A stretch of DNA of 32,210 nt from assembly GCA_016839445.1 (NCBI GenBank), contig JAEOUG010000145.1, positions 1 through 32,210 of the forward strand. The letters run 5' to 3'. A program made the position numbers and the translations under genes. The notes beneath the pieces were generated by a model that searched no databases, had not been told where the DNA came from, and was given only the letters and a program-made list of their open reading frames with translations. Each line of letters starts with the position of its first letter. Position 1 is the stretch's first letter. The stretch is from Candidatus Thorarchaeota archaeon (lineage in GTDB: Archaea > Asgardarchaeota > Thorarchaeia > Thorarchaeales > Thorarchaeaceae). This document shows, piece after piece, positions 1 to 7,339 of the stretch.

Positions 1-235
1 CGTAGTCGGGATCGCGGGTTGGAACTCACCCGCGTGAACCTGGAATCCCTAGTATCCGCGTGTCACTATCGCGCGGAGAATACGTCCCTGCTTCTTGCAC
101 ACACCGCCCGTCGCTCCATGCGAGCGGACTTGGGGTGAGGTGTCGTCCACTGGGCGATGACGAATCTTGGGTTCGCAAGTAGGGAGAAGTCGTAACAAGG
201 TATCCGTAGCGGAAGCTGCGGATGGATCACCTCCT
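1..235 (+). rRNA. rrs: 16S rRNA, 3' end (partial, begins before window), archaeal type
   Basis: Universal SSU motifs TTGCACACACCGCCCGTC (~95-112), AAGTCGTAACAAGG (187-200), helix 45 with GGAA loop, and anti-Shine-Dalgarno GGATCACCTCCT (224-235). Confidence 0.98.
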
Positions 236-250
236 ATGCTTTATCCATCT

Positions 251-355
251 CAGATGGGTAAGAAGTAGAGGCGGCGGAGTTAGTTGTGCAGCTTAGGTTG
301 CATCCAGGGAACTTTCCCACACCCACATTGTTGAGCACCCTTTTCATTTTGCATA
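251..355 (+). repeat. ~105-nt structured repeat, copy 1 (native 16S 3' trailer, ending in a T-rich terminator-like tract)
   Basis: Starts ~15 nt after the 16S end; 265-314 is identical to 923-972; internal hairpins TGCAGC-TTAG-GTTGCA and GGGA-ACTT-TCCC; ends CCCTTTTCATTTTGCAT. Confidence 0.92.
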
Positions 356-433
356 GTCAATCCAACGCAGTAGACATGCTGTATTGCTGTCAGGCAACAA
401 CGAGATTATAAGCAACTATCAGTACTATAAGTC

Positions 434-631
434 ATGATAGATATGAGCGAGACAACCACTATTCCTCTCACTAAGGCGACTCGTGATCTCTTGAAGCGGT
501 TCGGACAGAAGGGAGAGACCTACGATGAACTCATTCGCCGTCTCCTTGAGGTAGCCCAACAGGTGGAATTCGCTAACAGGCAGAGACGAATACTCGAGGA
601 AGAGGAGTTCGTGCCGCTTGACCAAGTATAG
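434..631 (+). CDS. Putative antitoxin, ribbon-helix-helix-like
   Basis: 65 aa (start may be ATG 443); TTIPLTKATRDLLKRFG..GETYDELIRRLL resembles archaeal RHH antitoxins; acidic C-terminus; overlaps the downstream RelE gene by 14 nt. Confidence 0.8.
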   Translation: MIDMSETTTIPLTKATRDLLKRFGQKGETYDELIRRLLEVAQQVEFANRQRRILEEEEFVPLDQV

Positions 632-899
632 AGTTCTGCTTTCTGAGTCCGCGGTTTCTCAACTGAGTTTGCTTGATGGAAAGCAGAAGAGCAGAGTCAG
701 GAAAGCTCTGTTCACGTTAGAGGACGACCCCTTCAGAAGGAGATCTGGTACAGACATCAAGAGGCTTCTGACTCCGAGTGAACCAGCTCTGTTCCGACTG
801 CGGATAGGTGACTATCGCGCTATCTACTTCGTAATAGACCAAGAAGTCAGGGTGACCGAGATAATCCATCGAAGTAAGGGATACAAGTGGCTGGAGTAG
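618..899 (+). CDS. relE: RelE/ParE family type II toxin
   Basis: 93 aa basic protein, YRVLLSESA...FRLRIGDYRAIY...IIHRSKGY, typical RelE signature. Confidence 0.9.
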   Translation: MTKYRVLLSESAVSQLSLLDGKQKSRVRKALFTLEDDPFRRRSGTDIKRLLTPSEPALFRLRIGDYRAIYFVIDQEVRVTEIIHRSKGYKWLE

Positions 900-908
900 T
901 CTTCACCC

Positions 909-1011
909 CAGATACGTAAGAGGTAGAGGCGGCGGAGTTAGTTGTGCAGCTTAGGTTGCATCCAGGGAACTTGCCCTCCTCACATTGTTGAGCACCCTTT
1001 CATTTTGCATA
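909..1011 (+). repeat. 16S-trailer repeat, copy 2
   Basis: CAGATACGTAAGAGGTAGAGGCGGCGGAGTTAGTTGTGCAGCTTAGGTTGCATCCAGGGAACTT...GAGCACCCTTTCATTTTGCATA; near-identical to 251-355; begins 10 nt after the relE stop. Confidence 0.95.
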
Positions 1012-1041
1012 TTTCGTTGGTTGTAGTAGATTCCCTTATCG

Positions 1042-1527
1042 TCACTTCAAGTAGTAGCTGTGATCACAGCAATCATCCCCACTCATGAGTCGTTTCGTAA
1101 TCTTGAACTCCATGGCCGGATTGAAGCCTGCAACTATGTGGGGATCAGTACTGCAATGAAACACTAGTCCATGCTCAGGCTTACCAATCTCGAGATACGT
1201 GTCTGCGATAGGGCATTTCGTGCAACGGATCTGTGCAGAGTTCTCGGTCCTCTCGACTGTGAACTCACCGCCTGCCTGCTCAAATGAACTCCACAGTGTG
1301 TCGAGAATGGCGTCGATGTCGTTGCTTCCGTGCTGTTTGGCAATCTCAAACCACGTTTTCTTGATGGTGTCGGCAATAATCTCAAGGACCCGTTTCTCTG
1401 CTTGTGGTCCGAATTCCCTCTCATATCTCTCAACAAGAGATCTCAGTCTCTCCGGATCTGGTCGAGCACTATGGATCTGCTTCACCAATTCCTTGAGTCG
1501 ATCATCTTCAGTATGAAGGTCTGTCAT
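1042..1527 (-). CDS. L-2-amino-thiazoline-4-carboxylic acid hydrolase-like (ATC hydrolase/V4R-like) protein, paralog 1
   Basis: 161 aa; CTKCPIA...FHCSTD..IVAGFNP.....KRLMSGDDCCD Cys pattern typical of this family; true activity unknown. Confidence 0.75.
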   Translation of the reverse strand: MTDLHTEDDRLKELVKQIHSARPDPERLRSLVERYEREFGPQAEKRVLEIIADTIKKTWFEIAKQHGSNDIDAILDTLWSSFEQAGGEFTVERTENSAQIRCTKCPIADTYLEIGKPEHGLVFHCSTDPHIVAGFNPAMEFKITKRLMSGDDCCDHSYYLK

Positions 1528-1602
1528 GTTTCAGTCTGTGGCTGAACAGCATAAGAAGCACTAGCTCCAATTGAGTTCAAGGGAAAGCAGTCTGTCCACC
1601 TT

Positions 1603-1704
1603 AGATGGGTAAGAAGTAGAGGCGGCGGAGTCAGTTGTGCAGCTTGGGCTGCATCCAGGGAACTTGCCCTACTCACATTACTGAGCACCCTTTCTGTTTT
1701 GCAT
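1603..1704 (+). repeat. 16S-trailer repeat, copy 3
   Basis: AGATGGGTAAGAAGTAGAGGCGGCGGAGTCAGTTGTGCAGCTTGGGCTGCATCCAGGGAACTTGCCC...CTGAGCACCCTTTCTGTTTTGCAT; several substitutions preserve or improve predicted pairing. Confidence 0.93.
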
Positions 1705-1746
1705 TATCCATGTCGATAGTCCTGTCTGCAGGTGTACGCCTTCACT

Positions 1747-2508
1747 TCATAATGAGGCGACCACCAACATCTCGAAGTCCTCAGTTGTCAGTTCATGCTC
1801 TCTAGAGAACTCGCCGAGCCTGGCACCGAAGATGCAGATGTTTCTGAAACCGAGGCTCTTCAGTAGCCATGTTATCTCACTTGGCACGTAGTACCTCTCG
1901 TTTGCCCTGAGTTCCAGCTCTTTGCCGTCATCATCAGTGATTGTGATGATGCTGTGGTCCCTGAATGTCATGAGGTCAAATGTATTGGATCTGTATGTGG
2001 CCTTCCCGTCCTTTGTGCCCACTGCATGGAACTCCTCAACTGAGTGGCAAAGCGGAAACAACCCGTTCAGGCTGGTGAAGATGAACCTGCCAGGACTGCG
2101 AAGGGCCCTGGCCACGCCCTCCAGTATCTGATAGTTCATCTCATCGGTCTCCATGAGTGGAAAGGCGCCCTCGCAGAGCATGATGGCGGCATCGAACTCA
2201 TTTTCGAATGGGAGCTCTCTGGCATCAAGGCGCAGGAACTCTACCTCCACACCTGCCTCCTCAGCTTTCTGCTTGGCCCTGACGAGCTGGGCCTCTGACA
2301 GGTCGATGCCAGTTACATCGTATCCCCTCTTGGCCAGTTCTATTGCATGTCTTCCAGTACCGCAGCCCACATCAAGAATGCGGAGTGCCTTGTCACGGGC
2401 CAGCTCCTTCTCGATGAAGTCGCATTCCCCCAGCGTGCCTTTGACGAACGACTCCTCGTCGTACTTTCTGGCATAATTCTCGAAGAGGGCCTCGTACCAT
2501 TCCTTCAT
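1747..2508 (-). CDS. Class I SAM-dependent methyltransferase
   Basis: 253 aa; motif I ILDVGCGTGRH, VTGIDLS, LDARELPFENEFD. Confidence 0.92.
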   Translation of the reverse strand: MKEWYEALFENYARKYDEESFVKGTLGECDFIEKELARDKALRILDVGCGTGRHAIELAKRGYDVTGIDLSEAQLVRAKQKAEEAGVEVEFLRLDARELPFENEFDAAIMLCEGAFPLMETDEMNYQILEGVARALRSPGRFIFTSLNGLFPLCHSVEEFHAVGTKDGKATYRSNTFDLMTFRDHSIITITDDDGKELELRANERYYVPSEITWLLKSLGFRNICIFGARLGEFSREHELTTEDFEMLVVASL

Positions 2509-2821
2509 CTTGCTTCCTCTTGAGTGTCTACGATATGGGACTATGGACGGATATTATCTAAAGACTTCTACTCCTGAGAATAGGTCACAACTCACAAGGT
2601 ATCTGTCGCAGAAGCTGCCTGCTGGAAGAGGATGAGATTTCCAGTCGCGCCTGTACCACGATTCGAGAAGCGCTGTAGTGCTACCCCTAATCGGTCACAT
2701 GATTGACGGTCAGAAAAGACCACGGCTTTCAAAACGGCAATGGATTTGGAGGCTGTTGCTTCATTGCTGTCTTGAGGCTTGTTATATGCACCGAGTGCGC
2801 ATCTAGACCAGTGAGAGTCAG

Positions 2822-3868
2822 ATGTCTGGCCAGAAGGAATACGACGGCAGTAGGATCTACCTTTCGTTGGCAGGTAGCGGTGACCCATGGAGTTCTCTAA
2901 GCAAATTAAGAAAGAGGATTCTGAGAGAGCTGCATGATGCGCCTGATGTCGGCAATCTAGCATCGATACTTGACAAGACTCCTGATGAACTAGAAGCGGA
3001 GATTCATCCAATGATGGCGGCAAGTCTTGTCCATGAGACAGACGGAGGATTTCGGCCATCATTTCTTGTCACAGATGAATCTGAGACTCAGAGGGTGTTT
3101 GCTCATGCATCCGATTTTTCTAAGGCTCTAGTTGACACGACAGAAGCGAAGCTCTCTTGGATCAAATCAGAGTATGAGAAACTCGAGATCAATCAAGAGC
3201 ATGGTTTCGAAGAGGTATCCCTCTTCTTTCTAGGTGGACGAATACTTGACATCAAACTGCTCGAGAAACTGACGGGACACAATCGGGTGATGCCTCCTGC
3301 TCCGGCACGACCAAGTCCGAGTAGGCCCGATGCCCATTACTACTTCTACATGGTTGAAGGAGATCCCAAGAATCTTGGAGGATGGGGGCAAGATGATTCC
3401 AGAATGCCCTGGGATGGCTGGTACTTCATAACGTTTGGACAGAATGTAGTAGATGGTGAATACAATCCTCATCGTAGGTCGTTAGAGAAGCAATACGAAG
3501 AACTCATAGAATCTGGAAAAGCAGATACTCCGGAATTCGTCGGTGCAAGCTTGGGCATCCCTGTTGTGAGTCTATCCGATTCCAACATGTGGGAGAATAC
3601 CGCAGATCTCCTTGCTGAAGAACTCTGTGGATGCTATGAAGAATCTGTAGAATCCATCAGAGCATTACACAAGGGTCTGCGATCAGGCACCTACGCCCCC
3701 CACAGCATTGGTGAGTTCTTCTGCTGGTATGCTCATATTGCGTATGCCAATGCAATCGAACTAATGGAGGAACGAGGTACACTAGATATTCCCGACTCAC
3801 GCCTCCAATCGGCTATATGGTGCAGAGAAAGAGAAAACGAAGGATTGCTGGCTCATCTATCAGATTGA
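2822..3868 (+). CDS. Hypothetical protein, possible N-terminal winged-helix
   Basis: 348-aa long ORF; RILRELH...VGNLASILDKTPDELEAEIHPMMAASLV resembles a wHTH; remainder unrecognised. Confidence 0.7.
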   Translation: MSGQKEYDGSRIYLSLAGSGDPWSSLSKLRKRILRELHDAPDVGNLASILDKTPDELEAEIHPMMAASLVHETDGGFRPSFLVTDESETQRVFAHASDFSKALVDTTEAKLSWIKSEYEKLEINQEHGFEEVSLFFLGGRILDIKLLEKLTGHNRVMPPAPARPSPSRPDAHYYFYMVEGDPKNLGGWGQDDSRMPWDGWYFITFGQNVVDGEYNPHRRSLEKQYEELIESGKADTPEFVGASLGIPVVSLSDSNMWENTADLLAEELCGCYEESVESIRALHKGLRSGTYAPHSIGEFFCWYAHIAYANAIELMEERGTLDIPDSRLQSAIWCRERENEGLLAHLSD

Positions 3869-3875
3869 CTGCTCT

Positions 3876-3905
3876 ATCATCTTTGGCGCCGTTCCATTTT
3901 GCATA
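3876..3905 (+). repeat. Eroded 3' remnant of the 16S-trailer repeat
   Basis: CATCTTTGGCGCCGTTCCATTTTGCATA versus repeat end CATTGTTGAGCACCCTTTCATTTTGCATA; the following spacer (3906-3935) resembles 1012-1041. Confidence 0.6.
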
Positions 3906-3935
3906 TTCAGTTGGCTGAAGTGGATTCTCATTTTG

Positions 3936-4421
3936 TCACTTCAAGAAGTAATAGTGATCACAGCAATCATCTCCACTCATGAGCCGTTTCGTTATCTTGA
4001 ACTCCATGGATGGATTGAAGCCTGCTACAATGTGAGGGTCAGTACTGCAATGGAACATCAACCCATACTCAGGTCTGCCAATCTCAAGATAGGTGTCTGC
4101 TACCGGACACTTGGTACAACGAATCTGCGCTGAATTCTCTGTCCTCTCAACTGCAAACTCTGCCCCTACTCTCTTGAAGGGTTTCCATAGCGTATCAAGA
4201 ACGCCATCAATGTCGTTGCTCTCTACCCTCTTGGAGATCTCGGTCCATGCTCTCTTGGTGGTTTCTGCAATGATCTCGAGAACCCGATCGTCTGCCTCTG
4301 GCCCGAACTCCCTCTCGTATCTATCGAGAAGAGACTTCAACAGCTCCGGATTAGGCCGGGCGCCATGAATCTGGCTGACCAGTCTTCTGAGTTCGCCATC
4401 CTGTGTTTCCGAGTCCTTCAC
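3936..4421 (-). CDS. ATC hydrolase-like protein, paralog 2
   Basis: Clearly homologous to 1042..1527 (shared VERTENSAQIRCTKCP, FHCSTDPHIVAGFNP, MEFKITKRLMSGDDCCDH); GTG at 4421 gives the same 161-aa length, so the 4484 start is probably too long. Confidence 0.8.
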   Translation of the reverse strand: MKDSETQDGELRRLVSQIHGARPNPELLKSLLDRYEREFGPEADDRVLEIIAETTKRAWTEISKRVESNDIDGVLDTLWKPFKRVGAEFAVERTENSAQIRCTKCPVADTYLEIGRPEYGLMFHCSTDPHIVAGFNPSMEFKITKRLMSGDDCCDHYYFLK

Positions 4422-4495
4422 AGCTCTGTCCTTGGCTAGCTTGGATAAAAGACAGCAGTTCCACGCAAGTGGGACATGCCACAAGTTACTTCTTC

Positions 4496-4520
4496 TTAGA
4501 TGCGAGTACAGGCGACTGGA
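4496..4520 (+). repeat. Eroded 5' remnant of the 16S-trailer repeat
   Basis: TTAGATGCG-AGTACAGGCGACTGGA versus copy 3 TTAGATGGGTAAGAAGTAGAGGCGGCGGA, at the same distance (~75 nt) from the paralog start codon as copy 3 is from paralog 1. Confidence 0.5.
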
Positions 4521-4652
4521 TCTACCGGTTCAGCCTCCCCGTTGTGCCGTAGGCACTCTATGGCAAACGCCTGTTTGTCCGCTCGTGCTTAAATTCTTAA
4601 TACAATTCGAGTCTGCATATCTTCACCATAGAATTGGCACAGCTAACTAGAG

Positions 4653-5666
4653 GTGATTCATCTGCAGCACCTGAGACTGAGTGGTTCATACTACGACATT
4701 GGCAGAGCCTTTGGAGAATCGAGAAGGGGCCTTGACCAATACGGAGAACCAAGTGAGAAGAAGATTGAGCTTACTCTGAAGTATGGGGAGCTGCTACGGG
4801 AGCATGCCTGTGGCCTCCATGATGAGCTGATGGGTTTCTCTGACGGAATCGGACTGAGCCACGAGTCAGTCCTAGTAGCGCAGCTTCTTCCTCCTTGGGC
4901 AACGGGCTGTAATCTGTTCTTCGTAGGTGGGGAGCATACCGAACGCGGTTTCCCTATCTTTGTGAGACACATGGACTGGATAGAGGACGATTTAGAGCGT
5001 CTCGTTATGCTCGAGACAAAGCCCGAGGGAAAGAACGGCGTTCTCGGCTTCAGTTTCGCTGAGATAGGCTGCTATGATGGAATGAACGCTGGTGGTCTGG
5101 CCATAGGAACGGCCTCAGTTCCGTTCTTCAATGGAGCAAAATGCGTGGGTCTCCAAGATAAGCACGTGACCCGATGGGCACTCGACAACTTCTCGTCGGT
5201 TGAGGAAACCGTCGACTATCTGAAACATATCCCTCATGCAGAGGCAATCAATTTCCTCGTCGCGGACAAGACTGGGACCTCCGCTCGGGTGGAGGTAACA
5301 CCTACAAGGGTTCGGGCTGAAGTAGCGAGTGATGGTCTGAACGTCGTCAACAACTTCTTCATCCTCGAAGGCACGCGAGAACTTGACAGCATGCCCACGA
5401 GTGACAGGTCCTGGACTTACAACAGGAGAATCCACGACTGGTTCTCTAATGCAGGAAACAATATTGGGCTGCAAGAGGTGAAGGAAGTCTGCCGTAGTCA
5501 TGAGGAAGGTATATGCGAGCACCTGCAGGATCCTCCGGGGGGCACGATTTACTCATGGATTTCAGAACTGGGGACAAGCACAATCCATCTCTCAGTGGGC
5601 TATCCTTGCTCCAATCAGTATGTTCCGTACCATATTCCACAATCATCTGAAAGGGGCAAGAACTAG
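4653..5666 (+). CDS. Peptidase C45 family Ntn-hydrolase (acyl-CoA:6-APA acyltransferase-like)
   Basis: 337 aa; LSGSYYDIG, DELMGFSDG, G|CN autoproteolytic Cys, RHMDW, DGMNAGGLAIG, NFLVADKTG, GYPC. Confidence 0.85.
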   Translation: MIHLQHLRLSGSYYDIGRAFGESRRGLDQYGEPSEKKIELTLKYGELLREHACGLHDELMGFSDGIGLSHESVLVAQLLPPWATGCNLFFVGGEHTERGFPIFVRHMDWIEDDLERLVMLETKPEGKNGVLGFSFAEIGCYDGMNAGGLAIGTASVPFFNGAKCVGLQDKHVTRWALDNFSSVEETVDYLKHIPHAEAINFLVADKTGTSARVEVTPTRVRAEVASDGLNVVNNFFILEGTRELDSMPTSDRSWTYNRRIHDWFSNAGNNIGLQEVKEVCRSHEEGICEHLQDPPGGTIYSWISELGTSTIHLSVGYPCSNQYVPYHIPQSSERGKN

Positions 5667-5813
5667 GGGCGCGAAGCTGGTTCTTCAACTCAGGCTCGCC
5701 CGGGAACCATCTACTGGGACACATTGCTGGCATCCGGTTCCTTCTGCCAGCCACACCAGAAACCAATTCAATAGCCGGCAAAGTACTAATACTCTCTCAG
5801 TGGTCGCAGGTTC

Positions 5814-6383
5814 ATGCCAACCATCCGCTCCAGAGATCTCCTTCTAGCTCTACTTCTGGGAACTGGGTTGCTGCTCGTAAGCTACTACAGCCAGATTGAG
5901 CTGCTCGAATACAGACTCTGGCAAGGCGTTGACATTGCTGTTATTGATAGTGTCCCTCCAGTCACGCTCTTTGGGTTGATTCATGCCATTCTTGGCCTCT
6001 CCCTGTTCCTACCAAGCTTCTATCATGTCATGGAAGTTGTCCGAGTCAATCGAAGTGTTCATGCAAGCAAGAACCAGCCGCTCAGTCTCTTGAGGGACGG
6101 TTACTACGCAAGCCGAAGACATCCGATGACCGGGATGTTCATGTTCATTGCAGCTGGCCTCTTCGTGTCCCTTTGCTCTCTCATTGGTCTGATTCTAGTA
6201 GTATTATTCATCGCATTCTTCCATGTGACCACTCTGTATGAAGAGAGGACGTGGTTACTACCGAGGTTCGGGACGCAATACAAAGACTACATGAGCGAGG
6301 TTCCTCGCCGCTACTTCAGACCACACCATCTCGCCTATCTGGTTGCAGTGCTGGCATTCACCTCTGTAGGTATTGTCTTCTAG
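5814..6383 (+). CDS. Isoprenylcysteine carboxyl methyltransferase/PEMT-like membrane protein
   Basis: 189 aa hydrophobic; LLRDGYYASRRHPM, EERTWLLPRFGTQYKDYMSEVPRR match the ICMT/PEMT C-terminal motif. Confidence 0.8.
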   Translation: MPTIRSRDLLLALLLGTGLLLVSYYSQIELLEYRLWQGVDIAVIDSVPPVTLFGLIHAILGLSLFLPSFYHVMEVVRVNRSVHASKNQPLSLLRDGYYASRRHPMTGMFMFIAAGLFVSLCSLIGLILVVLFIAFFHVTTLYEERTWLLPRFGTQYKDYMSEVPRRYFRPHHLAYLVAVLAFTSVGIVF

Positions 6384-6479
6384 GGCATGAATGGGCCCGT
6401 CGGCCGTTTCCCCTCCCCCAGCTGCGTTCGCAGCAACATATTAAGCAAGGCTGAGTGCTGCTGAGCCGGGGACGTAATT

Positions 6480-7247
6480 ATGGAAAAGAAGATTCTCCTC
6501 GCCAAGATGACTTGGCAGGAAGTGGAAGAGATTCTCAAGGACACAGACATTGCTGTTGTTCCAGTTGGTTCAACAGAGCAACACGGCCCTGCCCTGCCCG
6601 TTGACAATGACGCATTCATCGCAACCCAGTTTGCACAGCGTGTGGCTGAGAGCATCTGGGACCGGCAGAAAGTGGTCGTCACTCCCACCATCTCTTTCGG
6701 ATACTCACCGCATCACATGCAGTTCAAGGGCACGATAACGATACGAGAGTCCACCTTGGCTGATCTCATTGTAGATGTGTGCACATCACTTGAACAGCAC
6801 GGATTCAAGAGAATCATCCTCGTCAATGGGCACGGCGGCAATTCAACTGCTATATCCAATGCGCTCCATGCTATGAGCAACGTCGTCATGGCGAAGATCT
6901 TCAGCGTGAATTGGTGGGACCTAGCATCTGACACAATCCGCGAAGTTGCCACTCGTCCTGTCTTCCATGCATGCGACATGGAAACGTCCGTCGCCTGGTT
7001 CTTGGAGCAAAGAGTACTCGAAGACAAGCGGGTCGACGAACCCGGTCGTAGCATAGTCCCTGGATTCGTAGAACCGGATATGCTCGCTCCCCCACCCAAA
7101 GCGTCGGCTGCATTCATGATGAAATACGTAACCGATTCAGGAGTTGTCGGCTACTCAACGAAGGCAACCAAGGAAAAAGGACAACAGATTGCAGAAGTGG
7201 TCCTCGAAAGACTGGAGGACTTCATCTTGAAGGTCGCAAGAGGCTGA
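6480..7247 (+). CDS. Creatininase/amidohydrolase family protein
   Basis: 255 aa; PVGSTEQHGPALP, GYSPHH, VNGHGGN, HACDMETS, ATKEKG. Confidence 0.93.
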   Translation: MEKKILLAKMTWQEVEEILKDTDIAVVPVGSTEQHGPALPVDNDAFIATQFAQRVAESIWDRQKVVVTPTISFGYSPHHMQFKGTITIRESTLADLIVDVCTSLEQHGFKRIILVNGHGGNSTAISNALHAMSNVVMAKIFSVNWWDLASDTIREVATRPVFHACDMETSVAWFLEQRVLEDKRVDEPGRSIVPGFVEPDMLAPPPKASAAFMMKYVTDSGVVGYSTKATKEKGQQIAEVVLERLEDFILKVARG

Positions 7248-7339
7248 ATGACTAAGAGTATGACATCCCTGTGAGGAGAACATGGGCTCGTCTATGCTTT
7301 GACAACAAGATAGATTACGCGCTGTCAGGCGCCACACAT

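Noticed and set aside
251-355. tRNA-Ala or 5S rRNA in the 16S spacer
   Set aside because: No cloverleaf with a TTC T-loop or acceptor stem, and no recognisable 5S conserved motifs.
251-1704. Repeats as canonical integron attC sites
   Set aside because: GTTGAGC fits GTTRRRY in copies 1 and 2, but copy 3 has ACTGAGC, no matching RYYYAAC box is present, cassette genes point both ways, and no IntI is in the window.
251-1704. Repeats as a CRISPR array, IS ends or MITE
   Set aside because: Units are ~105 nt separated by gene-sized spacers; there are no cas genes, transposase, terminal inverted repeats or target-site duplications.
2592-3062. 156-aa minus-strand ORF and the 65-aa ORF at 2703..2900
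   Set aside because: They overlap the 348-aa ORF and have no recognisable motifs; likely spurious.
5814-6383. ICMT-like gene as a modifier of the Rab-like GTPase
   Set aside because: The GTPase has no C-terminal Cys motif, the genes are 5 kb apart, and ICMT/PEMT-like proteins are common in prokaryotes.
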